From: an uncultured virus (IMG/VR IMGVR_UViG_3300022868_000018) | Lineage: Duplodnaviria > Heunggongvirae > Uroviricota > Caudoviricetes | Length of the DNA stretch: 64,000 bases | Reading direction: 5' to 3' (one strand) | Virus record (IMG/VR): IMGVR_UViG_3300022868_000018 | Shown: in pieces, positions 37,758-47,349 of the stretch | How positions within the stretch are numbered: position 1 is the stretch's first letter | Layout of the letters: each line of letters opens with the position of its first letter | Notes under the pieces: generated by a model | Database searches by the model: none | Seen by the model: the letters and a program-made list of their open reading frames with translations, nothing else | Told to the model about the DNA's origin: nothing | Program-made: the position numbers and the translations under genes

Positions 37758-38674
37758 GCCGTCAACTCCTTGTAAGCCAGCCAGTTTGTATTCGCTACTC
37801 TGTCCAGTATACCTGCAAACGTCTCGCCAAAATTGGCGTTGCTTGTGTTGAGGCGATAGGTGAACTCGTCGAGATATCGCTGTAGGTGTTTCTCGCTCAT
37901 CCAGTGATAGATACCGATGTAACCACGCTTGAACAGAGCCCAGAAGCTCTCAATGCTGTTCGTGTGAATGAGCCCGTCTCGGACATACTCACCTATCTTG
38001 TGCTGCACGGTCTCGTGCCCGAAGAAACGCCCCAGTCGGCTGTAAGAAGCGAACTCATCGGTGTAAAGCTTGGTGCCGGGTTGGACCTGTGTCACGACAT
38101 GTTGCTCGATGGTGCGCATCCCCGTGTTGGCAACCGCCGTGGCCCGCACATCGCCCTCCCGCTGAACCAGACCGAACACGGGGGCCTTGCCCACGGCCCC
38201 GCGCCCAATGATTCTCTCGCGGCGTTGGCGAGCATGCATGTTCTTGGCCTTACCACCAATGTAGCACTCGTCGATTTCTACGGTGCCGAACAATTGACCA
38301 CCATTCTGCTTCATTGCCTCGCGGAGCCTATGGTCCATGAACCATGCCGTCTTCTGGGTGACCCCCACCTGCTTTGCCAGTTGCACCGAAGAGATGCCCT
38401 TGCGGCAGGTCGTGAGCAAGTAGATTGCCAAGAACCACTTGCGGAGCGAGACCTTGCTCTCGCCAAAGACGGTCTTGGTCTTGATGGTGAAGTCGCGCCG
38501 ACACCCTGCACACCGGAACCGCTTGCCGTCTTTGAAGCGGTAGATTGCGGTGTGTCCGCAGTGGGGGCAGTACTCCCCGTTGCGGAACCGGATGCCCTCG
38601 AAATACTCGCGGCAGGCCTCTTCGTCGGGAAACCTGTCGTTGAGGCCCGCAATACTTTCGATGCTCTTGCTCAT
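37736..38674 (-). CDS. IS1595-family (ISXO2-like) transposase
   Basis: CPHC/CAGC zinc ribbon, QKTAWFM, VEIDECYIGG, YTDE, HTNSIESFWALFKRG, YLDEF. Confidence 0.95.
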   Translation of the reverse strand: MSKSIESIAGLNDRFPDEEACREYFEGIRFRNGEYCPHCGHTAIYRFKDGKRFRCAGCRRDFTIKTKTVFGESKVSLRKWFLAIYLLTTCRKGISSVQLAKQVGVTQKTAWFMDHRLREAMKQNGGQLFGTVEIDECYIGGKAKNMHARQRRERIIGRGAVGKAPVFGLVQREGDVRATAVANTGMRTIEQHVVTQVQPGTKLYTDEFASYSRLGRFFGHETVQHKIGEYVRDGLIHTNSIESFWALFKRGYIGIYHWMSEKHLQRYLDEFTYRLNTSNANFGETFAGILDRVANTNWLAYKELTACPDHRK

Positions 38675-38840
38675 ATTCAGTCGTCTCCCATCTCCTACTA
38701 TGACCCCATTATAGTGGATCACATTAGGGTTGTCAAGTGCTATAATCAAATAGGTTCCCCGCTGCAGTTGGTGTAGGTGATATGGGCCTCCACGGCGAAT
38801 GGGATACAGCCAGCCAACATCAGCACCAGGGAGGCCCACT

Positions 38841-39164
38841 ATGTTCAAAAGCAAGTTCATCCAAGCCATTCACGAGAAGATAAAACTCAGGATCACATTC
38901 TTCTCAAGCAAAGACGGCCAATACATCACCCGTGTATGCGCGCCAATGGACTATGCCCCAGGCCGCAACATACACGACCGCGACAAACGCTATTGGGTGT
39001 GGGATTATGACAGCGATACAGGTAGGCATACATTGCCCCTCAAAGCAGAACGGATCAAAACAATGGTCGTGCTTGAGGATCATTTCGATCCCGACGAGTT
39101 CGTCACGTGGTCAACCCACACCAAGCCCTGGGCTGTTAGCCGAGACTGGGGACACCATAGTTGA
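38841..39164 (+). CDS. WYL-like small protein
   Basis: AIHEKIKLRITF...TRVCAP...YWVWD...ERI pattern; AGGGAGG SD. Confidence 0.55.
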   Translation: MFKSKFIQAIHEKIKLRITFFSSKDGQYITRVCAPMDYAPGRNIHDRDKRYWVWDYDSDTGRHTLPLKAERIKTMVVLEDHFDPDEFVTWSTHTKPWAVSRDWGHHS

Positions 39165-39367
39165 AGTAGGCCCACCAGCTTGACTGCGCTTGCTTCGTCC
39201 ACCATAGCAACGTACTCATCTTCGTCGGGGTTTGGACCCGCGAAGCTGATACCATATTCTTCTTGCCCCTCCTCATTCTCGATTTCTACTGCCAATATTC
39301 CACACGGGCAGTAGTGGGATGGGTGTGCAACTGCATTGCCCGACGTTGTCTTTGTGCTCGTGCTCAT
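39080..39367 (-). CDS. Phage-type hypothetical protein (DUF3310-like start; homologue of 62033-62242)
   Basis: NAVAHPSHY; GISFAGP...DEASAVKLV. Confidence 0.5.
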   Translation of the reverse strand: MSTSTKTTSGNAVAHPSHYCPCGILAVEIENEEGQEEYGISFAGPNPDEDEYVAMVDEASAVKLVGLLQLWCPQSRLTAQGLVWVDHVTNSSGSK

Positions 39368-39432
39368 GTTGCCAACCTCGCTTTCTCGCTCCACATTACA
39401 GGGCGGGGTGATTATGTATATAGGTCCCTTTC

Positions 39433-39822
39433 TTATTTTATGCCCCGATGCACTTTCAGCAATGTCTCCGTCAGCGACTGTATCGTGATGTTCTCTGCGG
39501 TGCTATAGTTGGCCCGCGAAATCTCTCCGCCATCAGCGCCGAGTTGATCTGCAGCGCGCTCGTGTACGCGAGATACCTCATCAAGCACCAGATGAAGCAA
39601 TTCGTGGATGACCGTGTTTTCGGGATCGACTTGGCCGGCGGCAACCATGATCTTAGCTGCCCGAGCATTCTTCGTTGTGTAGCAGAGGCCATAACACTCA
39701 AGCTGATGGTCCACCTTTTCAGCCGCAATCGCGACGACCTCGATGTCCCAATCGTCGAGCCTCAAACGGTGCTGCCATTCGGCCGCGAGCTTCTCAACCT
39801 GGCGTGTGGTCATTCGTTGCAT
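39433..39822 (-). CDS. HExxH zinc metallopeptidase-like protein
   Basis: WQHRLRLDDWDI...TVIHELLHL. Confidence 0.7.
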   Translation of the reverse strand: MQRMTTRQVEKLAAEWQHRLRLDDWDIEVVAIAAEKVDHQLECYGLCYTTKNARAAKIMVAAGQVDPENTVIHELLHLVLDEVSRVHERAADQLGADGGEISRANYSTAENITIQSLTETLLKVHRGIK

Positions 39823-40121
39823 CCTCCTTGGTCGGCCTCGTTATCAAGCTCCATCGTCCAGTCCGCGACTTCATATTCCTTGCCGCCGATGCTCAGACAC
39901 TTCTTCCCCTGCTCTTCGGCGACTTTCTTCATGTAGGCCTTCTGAAACTCCGGCGACCGGAACACACTTCCGGGATCAACGGCGAACTGAGAAAGCATTT
40001 TCACAAATGCGCCGATGGAATCATACGCATTGCTGTAGTTGTCGAGCGCCTTCCCGATGTCGCGCACCTCCTGCTGGAGTTCCTCCTGCGTCCGGTTCGG
40101 TAGGAAGTTTGGAGTGGTCAT
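39810..40121 (-). CDS. Hypothetical protein
   Basis: Packed ORF with SD. Confidence 0.55.
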   Translation of the reverse strand: MTTPNFLPNRTQEELQQEVRDIGKALDNYSNAYDSIGAFVKMLSQFAVDPGSVFRSPEFQKAYMKKVAEEQGKKCLSIGGKEYEVADWTMELDNEADQGGCNE

Positions 40122-40277
40122 TGCCTGCTTCCTCACTCGTAGATGACGTTACCCGCGTACCAGTATTCGCAATATCCCATTTGCGCAACGTAGAATGAAC
40201 CGCCCCAACGCTTTCAGCCCCCGCGCCTTCACGGGCTTATCTTCCTGCTCGCTCCATAAAGTCACAGCAACGCCTCC

Positions 40278-40424
40278 TTAGTCGTAGATGAAGCCATCCA
40301 CGTACCAGCATCCCAGCACCGCCAGCGCATAGACCAGCGAGGCGAAGATCGCCACCGCGAAGAACAACTTCGTGCTCACCAGAAACAATGCCCACATGAC
40401 CGTCAACACGGTGCGGCGCTTCAT
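40278..40424 (-). CDS. Small membrane protein
   Basis: MKRRTVLTVMWALFLV...; ATGA overlap. Confidence 0.5.
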   Translation of the reverse strand: MKRRTVLTVMWALFLVSTKLFFAVAIFASLVYALAVLGCWYVDGFIYD

Positions 40425-40672
40425 TGGGGGGCCTCCAAGCTCTCCCCGCAGTATGAACAGAATTTGTGCGCGGCGGGTATCGGCGCACGCCATACATCAA
40501 GGTCAGTGCAGGGCGGCAGCTTTCGGGCGCCGCTGTCTGCGATGTTGCTGTTGTACATCTCCGTATAGTTCTGCGCTGCGCCCAAATCCTCAAACATGCG
40601 CATCGTCCAGCCAACATCTGCGCTGTAATGACACCGCCCGCATTTGCACATACGATCAACCGTTACCCTCAT
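40421..40672 (-). CDS. Zinc-ribbon hypothetical protein
   Basis: CKCGRC and FCSYCG. Confidence 0.55.
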   Translation of the reverse strand: MRVTVDRMCKCGRCHYSADVGWTMRMFEDLGAAQNYTEMYNSNIADSGARKLPPCTDLDVWRAPIPAAHKFCSYCGESLEAPQ

Positions 40673-40674
40673 CG

Positions 40675-41202
40675 TTAGCCCTCCTCAGTAGTGACCTGCT
40701 TCTCTTCATCCGCCTCCGCCTTCAGCACCCGCCGGTACGCCCGACCGAACTCCGCCTCCCGGCTGATACCTACCAGCCGCAGGCTGAACGCACGAAGACT
40801 AGAAAGAAAACCAGCAACATCATCCTGCACAGCTATGCGCACCTCGGGATCACGCCACAGCAGCTCCACCTCGTCCCGCGCCCGCCCCAGGTCTACCGCC
40901 GCCAGTGCTGCCACCGCTTCTCTCCGCTCCCGCACTACCCCGTAGTCACCCTTCCGTCCTGTCAGCACCAGCAGCGGCTCACCGTCCCGCACCAGCCGCG
41001 CTACACTCTCCGCCACCAACCCCCGGTCGCCTTCCAGATACCACTTCACATCACCATTGCCCTTGTCCGGCCCCGTCAGCGGCTCCACGTACACGAAGAG
41101 TGACGCCATGCGCTCCGGCACCTCCGTCGGCTCCGCGTGGGCTGTGCGCTCCCGGGCGCGTATGCGCTCCGCTATGTCAGTCCCCTGCGTCTCGTTGGTC
41201 AT
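40675..41202 (-). CDS. Hypothetical protein
   Basis: AAGGAG SD before MTNETQG. Confidence 0.6.
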   Translation of the reverse strand: MTNETQGTDIAERIRARERTAHAEPTEVPERMASLFVYVEPLTGPDKGNGDVKWYLEGDRGLVAESVARLVRDGEPLLVLTGRKGDYGVVRERREAVAALAAVDLGRARDEVELLWRDPEVRIAVQDDVAGFLSSLRAFSLRLVGISREAEFGRAYRRVLKAEADEEKQVTTEEG

Positions 41203-41225
41203 CCGGCTCTCCTTCTCATCAGCAG

Positions 41226-41564
41226 TCAATGTCGCAACGCGCCTCCCATCCTCCGGCAGAACTCCCACCGCGCGTCCATGCCGCCCCTACTCCATACCCG
41301 CCGCGCTTCATCCGCACCTTTGCCATCCCACGTCATTGCCACCTCTATCATCTGCGTAAGCAGCCCTGCGTCCGTGAACTTCTCGCCGCCCTGCGTCGCG
41401 CGATCGAAAATCACCTGCGCGCCTTCCTCGAACGTCATCTCAGGATCCTCCGGATACTTCATTCCAACGCTCCGCTTCATGTCCGACAGGCGCGGCCCGC
41501 CTTTCGCCGGTGTTCTCCGATAGTGGTCAGTCATCATCCTGCTCCGCGTCCCGCTCCGCATCAC
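41226..41564 (-). CDS. Hypothetical protein (start uncertain)
   Basis: ORF fills the gap between same-strand genes. Confidence 0.5.
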   Translation of the reverse strand: MMRSGTRSRMMTDHYRRTPAKGGPRLSDMKRSVGMKYPEDPEMTFEEGAQVIFDRATQGGEKFTDAGLLTQMIEVAMTWDGKGADEARRVWSRGGMDARWEFCRRMGGALRH

Positions 41565-42141
41565 TTGGCCGCGTTACCGCATCGGTCACTTCGTCGAAGT
41601 CTATACCATCCGTCGTCGACACCAGCTTGCCTGCGTCTGCGATTCGGCGCAGTACGTGCAGGACTCGCCCCCAGGAATCGCGATACGCATCACTTCTTCC
41701 TGTATCGTGCGCCGACTCATTTGGCGAGCCATCTGCCGCCCTGCGCGAACATTCATCTGCAAAGCGGTGCAGTCGTACCGCCAAAGCAGTCAGAAGTTCG
41801 ACTGTATCCTGCTGCGTCATGCCCTCCGCCGGGGCCGTGTCGCCCTGCGCCTCGTAGTCGGACATCCGGGGGATGAAGTCGGTTTTGACCGACCCGGACG
41901 AGCTTGTCTCCGACGATCCATCCGCCCGGCCAGCCGCCATGATTGCCGCCGCATCTTCGGCAGATATTTCTATCGCCGCCGACGCCCCATCATCCTGATC
42001 CCGCAGTATCCCCAGAACATCCAGCGCCGTGTCTAGCTGGTCCTGGCCGTAGTCGTGCTCACCGACCTGCATCACATTGCTCAAAAGTTCCAGCGCATCC
42101 TGCTTCAAGCTCGCCTCAGTCACCGTCGCCATCGTCATCAC
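41527..42141 (-). CDS. Acidic hypothetical protein
   Basis: GAGGAG SD; 204 aa. Confidence 0.6.
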   Translation of the reverse strand: MMTMATVTEASLKQDALELLSNVMQVGEHDYGQDQLDTALDVLGILRDQDDGASAAIEISAEDAAAIMAAGRADGSSETSSSGSVKTDFIPRMSDYEAQGDTAPAEGMTQQDTVELLTALAVRLHRFADECSRRAADGSPNESAHDTGRSDAYRDSWGRVLHVLRRIADAGKLVSTTDGIDFDEVTDAVTRPSDAERDAEQDDD

Positions 42142-42174
42142 GCTCCTCGTTGTCGCCTTCGTTACGCTGCAACG

Positions 42175-42300
42175 TCATCGCTTCTTCCTCCGTTTGCTCC
42201 CCTGCCGCGTACCCTTCGGCTTCTTGCAGCCGCCACGCCCCGTGTTGCCCGTCCCACCGCCACTACCGTCCTTCTTCGGCGTGTTCTTCCTCGCTGTCAT
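42175..42300 (-). CDS. 41-aa basic Gly-rich peptide (not in ORF track)
   Basis: MTARKNTPKKDGSGGGTGNTGRGGCKKPKGTRQGSKRRKKR. Confidence 0.5.
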   Translation of the reverse strand: MTARKNTPKKDGSGGGTGNTGRGGCKKPKGTRQGSKRRKKR

Positions 42301-42439
42301 CTTCGCCACCTGCATTTCCTGCTGCTGCATCTTCCTCCATCGCACGCTTACTCATACGCACCGTTGCGCCGCAGAAGCCACAGCGGACTATACTTTGCCG
42401 CAACCACGCACCACAGCCAATGCAGCGGATAAGAACCAT
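42263..42439 (-). CDS. 58-aa zinc-ribbon protein (not in ORF track)
   Basis: MVLIRCIGCG...VRCGFCG plus acidic tail; GAGGAG SD. Confidence 0.5.
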   Translation of the reverse strand: MVLIRCIGCGAWLRQSIVRCGFCGATVRMSKRAMEEDAAAGNAGGEDDSEEEHAEEGR

Positions 42440-42452
42440 GGTCAGTCACTCC

Positions 42453-42761
42453 TCACGACGTCACACTGTCGCTGCCAAACGCCGCCCCTGCATAAAACTG
42501 ATGGAGGGGGGCAGCATCAGGTGCCGGCTCGGTCTCACTCCGATCTGCCACCCACTCCGCCTCCGCGACCGCATCCGCCAAGAGCGCAAGGGCCGCGTCG
42601 AGCGTCGGTGCGCTTGCTTGTATCGCCGAGTCCTGAAAGTACGGTTTCCACATCCCATTGAGTGCCGACGCAGAAAAGCCGTTGCCAGCTTCTTCGACGA
42701 GCAGCTTGCAGCCATGGTCATCCAGTTTCTGGACTAGTGCCTCAAGCTCAGTGTTCGTCAT
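42453..42761 (-). CDS. Hypothetical protein
   Basis: Coupled ORF. Confidence 0.55.
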   Translation of the reverse strand: MTNTELEALVQKLDDHGCKLLVEEAGNGFSASALNGMWKPYFQDSAIQASAPTLDAALALLADAVAEAEWVADRSETEPAPDAAPLHQFYAGAAFGSDSVTS

Positions 42762-43164
42762 CAGGTTTGGCCTCCTCTGCCACATTGACCGTCCAGCGCT
42801 GCAGTTCCTTGCCGTGTTGGTATATCACAACCTCGCAGTCCTCGAAGAACTCGAACTGGAGTGTGGTCGGCAGCTTCAAGTTGATTGTCACTGCGCCTAG
42901 TGCGGCAAGATCGTCAGTCGCCATCTTCTCCACCGCCTCTTCATTCGTTATAGACTCGGTAGTTACGGCGCACGGGTCCATGCTTCGCCGCACCACTTCG
43001 CCGCACTTGCAGACCCACGCAGGCCCGTAGTCACTCAGCCCGTCTCCCCTCAGTTCCAGCGGCTCCCGGTCCCCCAACAGAGCCTGAGCCTCCGGCGGTG
43101 GGGGCGCCGCCCGTAGCCATTCGGACTTGTACGTCATGCGGCTATGGCATTTAGGACACTTCAT
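42748..43164 (-). CDS. Zinc-finger hypothetical protein
   Basis: MKCPKC...WVCKCG; GGAGG SD. Confidence 0.6.
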   Translation of the reverse strand: MKCPKCHSRMTYKSEWLRAAPPPPEAQALLGDREPLELRGDGLSDYGPAWVCKCGEVVRRSMDPCAVTTESITNEEAVEKMATDDLAALGAVTINLKLPTTLQFEFFEDCEVVIYQHGKELQRWTVNVAEEAKPDDEH

Positions 43165-43195
43165 TTTCCAGCCTCCATGTACTTCCTGTATCGGT

Positions 43196-43951
43196 CTACT
43201 CCTCGCTCGTTATCGACTCGGTCTCATCAACATCCATGCCTGCCGGCTCGTCACCATCACCCTCGCCACCATCCGTGTCCTTCCCCGCACGCAAACCAGC
43301 CTCGAACTTCCGCCGCATCCCAGGACCCAACACCTGGTCCATTGCCGCTAACATCTCACCCATCCACTTCGCACCCACATCCATCTTCGCCTCGTCCGCT
43401 ATTCGCAAACCTCCCAAAGCCTCTACCTGCTGCACCTGTATCTTCGCCGATACCTCGATCAGACGGGCCAACTCAGTCACCGTCCGAGGCCGCATACCGC
43501 CAACAGACACTTCCTTCCCGGCAGCGTCAAAAAGATGCGAGACCTCAGCCCCGTCCTTATTGTACAGCGCCCCCTCGTCCAACGCCGCCATTCCCAAACC
43601 CAGCAACTTCTGCGTCAGCCGCACCAAACCCTCACGTGCCTCTATCTCATCTACCGGACCTACCAAGCCCAACACACGGTCCAGGGGCGCCATGTCCCAC
43701 GTCGCGCGCATCTTCTCCCAGTCAATCCCGCCAGGCTGCTGCCGAAGACGCCACATCGCCACGATACCGTCAGTCAAACCCATCTTCTGCTCAATCTCGC
43801 CATCCGTAAAATCACCCGAGCAGAAATGGTAAAGAGCGCGCCGCTTCACGCCATCATCATACCGACGGCGAGGTGCCCTAGCATCCGTCGCACGCAACAC
43901 CACAGCCGTCTCATCACCATTCTCCACTGCCAAACCGCCTTCGTTAGCCAT
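43196..43951 (-). CDS. Putative terminase small subunit (N-terminal HTH)
   Basis: YDDGVKRRAL...EIEQKMGLTDGIVAMWR...W HTH, helical middle, first gene of the late block. Confidence 0.55.
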   Translation of the reverse strand: MANEGGLAVENGDETAVVLRATDARAPRRRYDDGVKRRALYHFCSGDFTDGEIEQKMGLTDGIVAMWRLRQQPGGIDWEKMRATWDMAPLDRVLGLVGPVDEIEAREGLVRLTQKLLGLGMAALDEGALYNKDGAEVSHLFDAAGKEVSVGGMRPRTVTELARLIEVSAKIQVQQVEALGGLRIADEAKMDVGAKWMGEMLAAMDQVLGPGMRRKFEAGLRAGKDTDGGEGDGDEPAGMDVDETESITSEE

Positions 43952-43961
43952 TGTGCCAACA

Positions 43962-43990
43962 AGCGTAACACCCCAAAATCAAAATTGCAA
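43962..43990 (-). promoter_or_regulatory. sigma70-type promoter, nearly leaderless, for the late block
   Basis: TTGCAA-17-TACGCT, 10 nt before the ATG. Confidence 0.5.
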
Positions 43991-45000
43991 GACATTTTTT
44001 TCGAGGGGATAGTCTGGTCCCCACAAGCCCCAAACCTAATTGTGGGGTCCCGCTCACAGGCCAGCGGCTGATGCACACCACAAAGCACCTGCTGGGGGCA
44101 GGAGTATCGTATAGCGCATGGACACCTGCAGCAGTCCCTGTGGTGTAGCGGTAATGCACATAACCGACACAGTATGTGGGAATATGGGCACCTGACGCAC
44201 CTGGCGCACCTGGCGGCGGTGAGCAGGGCGGGCGAGGGCGCACTTGGGGGCAGGGGCCGGCGCACTGTCGGCGGGGGCAGCAGAGCACACCGGGGGCCTA
44301 GGGTTTCGCGTCACTTGTGCCAGCACACGCTATTGCGAGGAGACTCATGCCAGATACTCGGAGGTGTGAGTTCGGGGCGCGGCGGCAGTGCTCGACTGTG
44401 ATCTGTCGGGGGCCGGCGGCGGGCGGCGATGAGTAGCGGCGCGGAGGGCACAGGCAGATATCCCTGGGGCGGCGGCTGACAGCGGAGGGGCAGCAGAGGC
44501 ACAGCAGAGGCAGGTCACTACCTGGGGCGGGTCTACTAGGAGGCTATCTAGTACTAGTGACACTCTCTCTCCGACAGACAGAAGGTACACCCTTACGTCT
44601 AGGTCAAAGGCCCTTACGTCTTACGTCTTACGCCGTCCCCCCCCGCCTCCCTGGCATGGTAGCATAGAAGGGGAGCGGCAGTCAAGTAGCGAGGAGGAAG
44701 GGGGATGATGATGGTCGGATGTATCGGCGAGAGGTGGCGAGGGTAGAGGCGGAGGCCTGGGGGCGGGGAGGATGTGGCAGGTGAGGAGGGGCCGGCGAGG
44801 GCGGGGGCATAGCGCACAGAGGGCGCCAGAGGCGGGCGGGGTCTGACAGTCTGGGCTCTGTGTTGCGGTACAGTGGGAGGGCGAGGAGGGCGGAGGGAAA
44901 AGGGAAATGAATGGGGGCAGAAGGGGAACTAATGGGCTAAACGGCTTGTCGGGGCAGTGTGTACCTAAACTCAAGTAATGCTCAAGATGCAGTGTTGGGT
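43991..45000. other. Non-coding divergence region (possible genome end, pac site or origin)
   Basis: No credible ORF, G/purine-rich plus strand, CTTACG repeats at 44592-44631, strand-skew switch. Confidence 0.45.
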
Positions 45001-45001
45001 G

Positions 45002-45029
45002 TTGACTGCGCTACATAGTGGCCTATACT
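45002..45029 (+). promoter_or_regulatory. sigma70-type early promoter
   Basis: TTGACT-16-TATACT. Confidence 0.6.
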
Positions 45030-45327
45030 GGCATCGTAAACAACACGCAAGCGGACATTGACAAACAGACAGGCGCAAACGCGGAGAGCGGACACCTACA
45101 CAGGGGCAGCGGTCGCAGGCCTGGACCCCCCACCCCGACTCCTCACCGGAGCACACACAGCGAGAGGCCTCCAGCAGCACCCCCGTCCAAAGGGACGCGG
45201 CGGGGGAGGACGGAGGACCTCCGATACTACAGGCTCACAGCGCGGCGCAGGTCTCATAGATACACCAGCACAAGGGCAGGCTTGACCTGCCCTTTGGCGG
45301 GCGTATCAAGCGACAGGGAGGCGCAAT

Positions 45328-45720
45328 ATGGCGGCGATAACACCTACGGAAATATGGTATCGGCCGGCAACAGAGAAGAAGGCAGGCAGCTTGTGGATGA
45401 TTATACCGTGCGCCGGTTACGACAGGGAGGCCGGGTGCCTGTCAGGTGTGCGGGCCGGGCAGATAGTGGCAATACACAACGGCAGCGGGGAGGCGGTGAC
45501 TGCCGGGTGCGAAGAGGAAATATGGGAGGAGGGCAGAGATCACGCATTTCTCAAGCGGACAAGGCACGTGCGGATAAGTTTGAAGTGGTATCTCGACAGG
45601 GAGGCAGAGGGCAGGCCTCCGCTGGGGCTTGAGTTGTGTGAGGCGGCGCGGTGGGGCGAACCTTGGGCAGCGGAGGCGCAGGCAAGGAGGGAGGCGCGCA
45701 GGCAAGCGGAAGTGGCATAG
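45328..45720 (+). CDS. Early hypothetical protein
   Basis: GACAGGGAGGC leader. Confidence 0.6.
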   Translation: MAAITPTEIWYRPATEKKAGSLWMIIPCAGYDREAGCLSGVRAGQIVAIHNGSGEAVTAGCEEEIWEEGRDHAFLKRTRHVRISLKWYLDREAEGRPPLGLELCEAARWGEPWAAEAQARREARRQAEVA

Positions 45721-45787
45721 CGGTACTTCTGCACGGGGGCCGGTCCACCGGCCTCCTGGCGGACGTATCAATCGACAGGGAGGCAGT

Positions 45788-46111
45788 ATGATGCCATATT
45801 GGGTATCGCAAACAAAGGGGCCGGTGGCGGAGAAAATCGCATGGGTGAAAATGGCATATAGTGCTGGCGAACTAAGCGCGCGGGAGGCATATCGCACATT
45901 CGCGAAATTGTATGAAGATGTGCGCGGCCAGCAGCATTCGCTAAGTGTGGAAGCAGCGGACGGCAGGGAAGGGTACTATATCCACCTTTACTTCCCCATG
46001 TATGCGAATTTATGGTTTGAGGGTACCCATGCAGAATGTGAGACGCGGGCCGCAAGGTTGAACCGGCTACATCCGGGCCGGGAAGTCTATAGCGTACAGT
46101 ATGAATACTGA
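45788..46111 (+). CDS. Early hypothetical protein
   Basis: GACAGGGAGGCAGT leader. Confidence 0.65.
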   Translation: MMPYWVSQTKGPVAEKIAWVKMAYSAGELSAREAYRTFAKLYEDVRGQQHSLSVEAADGREGYYIHLYFPMYANLWFEGTHAECETRAARLNRLHPGREVYSVQYEY

Positions 46112-46124
46112 ACAGGGAGGCAGT

Positions 46125-46283
46125 ATGATGACAGGCTACCAGCAGTGGCGGGAGGCGGTCGCGGTGTGCGAGGAGGACACAGGCTCGGGGCCATATCCTG
46201 AATGTATAGACTGCGACACCGGCGGCTATATGCGGGAACCAGACCAGTGCGCTAAGTGCCGACATCTCAGGGAGGTGCGATAA
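46125..46283 (+). CDS. Small Cys-rich early protein
   Basis: Leader motif; CIDC and CAKC. Confidence 0.55.
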   Translation: MMTGYQQWREAVAVCEEDTGSGPYPECIDCDTGGYMREPDQCAKCRHLREVR

Positions 46284-46597
46284 TGACGTACGCAGAGGCC
46301 GTAGAAGAGCGCAGGAACATTGCGGCAGGTTACGAGCGCGGGGTACAGCAGTTGCACGAGGAGGCGGTCGCGGAGGCCGCACTGCAGGCGCGGTACGACG
46401 CAGAGGGTACGACTACACTGCTATACACCCCGGTATTCGGCGGCGCATGGTATCGGCGAGTAGGTATCGGCGACACGGCGGTCGCGGAGGCGCGGGCGCA
46501 ACTGCCGAGGTGGGCGCAGTGGTTGCACCGGGCGCAGGTGTGGGCGATGCGCGCCCAGGGGCATGAGCATATATGGGTGCTAGAGGAGGTGCGATAG
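46283..46597 (+). CDS. Early hypothetical protein
   Basis: TAATG coupling, GGGAGG SD. Confidence 0.6.
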   Translation: MTYAEAVEERRNIAAGYERGVQQLHEEAVAEAALQARYDAEGTTTLLYTPVFGGAWYRRVGIGDTAVAEARAQLPRWAQWLHRAQVWAMRAQGHEHIWVLEEVR

Positions 46598-46869
46598 TGG
46601 CAAAGTGGCAAGGCGCGACAATGCGACAGGCGGCGCGGACTGCGGCAGGGGAGTATCGGTTCGGGCGGTGGATTTCGCGGCGGCTGGGGTCCCTGGGGGC
46701 GCGGTACACTATGGGCCTGGGGCCGGAGGCGGAGTTATCGGCGGCGCGGCGCAGGGGACTGGAGAGCACAGGCAGGTTCTTCGTGTTCGCAGAGGTGGCG
46801 GACTGCCCCGGCGATAGCTTGCACGGGCAGGCTATAGCATTTCTGGTTCGCGATTGGGAGGTGTCATAG
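46597..46869 (+). CDS. Early hypothetical protein
   Basis: TAGTG coupling, GAGGAGG SD. Confidence 0.55.
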   Translation: MAKWQGATMRQAARTAAGEYRFGRWISRRLGSLGARYTMGLGPEAELSAARRRGLESTGRFFVFAEVADCPGDSLHGQAIAFLVRDWEVS

Positions 46870-47084
46870 TGGCGCGCAGGGACAAGTTGCGAACCTACAA
46901 GCGGGTGCGGTCGCAGGCATATCAGGTCGCGCGGATAATGGGCAACGTGCAGCCCTGGATAGAGCTAGCACCTCGCAAGATCATCAGGCGGCAGGTGCAC
47001 CGGAAAGTCGGCAAGGCCTTTTCCAAGGCATTCTTCGGCGGCGGCGGGCCGGCACGGCTTATCAAGCGGTTGCTCGGACTGTAA
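46869..47084 (+). CDS. Small basic protein
   Basis: TAGTG coupling; Arg/Lys-rich. Confidence 0.6.
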   Translation: MARRDKLRTYKRVRSQAYQVARIMGNVQPWIELAPRKIIRRQVHRKVGKAFSKAFFGGGGPARLIKRLLGL

Positions 47085-47109
47085 ATCAACGGACAGGGAG
47101 GCAGTCATA

Positions 47110-47280
47110 ATGGCAGGCGATACAGGCATGAGACTGAGGACCTTGCGCACGGCGCTCAGGAGCAAACTGAGCAGCAGGGAGGGTTTAGCGCACAGTGCGG
47201 AGGCGCGCATAGTGAGGGCGCGGATGACGGGCGCGGCGGACGCATATAGAGATGCCCTCAACCTAGATGTTAGCGTGTAG
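47110..47280 (+). CDS. Small hypothetical protein (not in ORF track)
   Basis: GACAGGGAGGC leader; MAGDTGMRLRTLR... Confidence 0.5.
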   Translation: MAGDTGMRLRTLRTALRSKLSSREGLAHSAEARIVRARMTGAADAYRDALNLDVSV

Positions 47281-47349
47281 CGGTAGGCCGGTCGGGGGCA
47301 GGTTATCCTGCCCCTCAGCGGGCTTATCACAAGGCAGGGAGGTGTAGCA

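Larger units (their letters stand above)
36378..39428 (-). mobile_element. IS1595-family transposon with restriction-modification and WYL-like cargo
   Basis: Inverted repeats GGGACCTATATACA-nnn-TCACCC at 36378-36400 and 39406-39428 (20/23 match); no TSD. Confidence 0.7.

Noticed and set aside
43846..45285. Short ORFs in the divergence region
   Set aside because: Low-complexity Pro/Arg/Cys translations of G-skewed DNA with no SD or motifs
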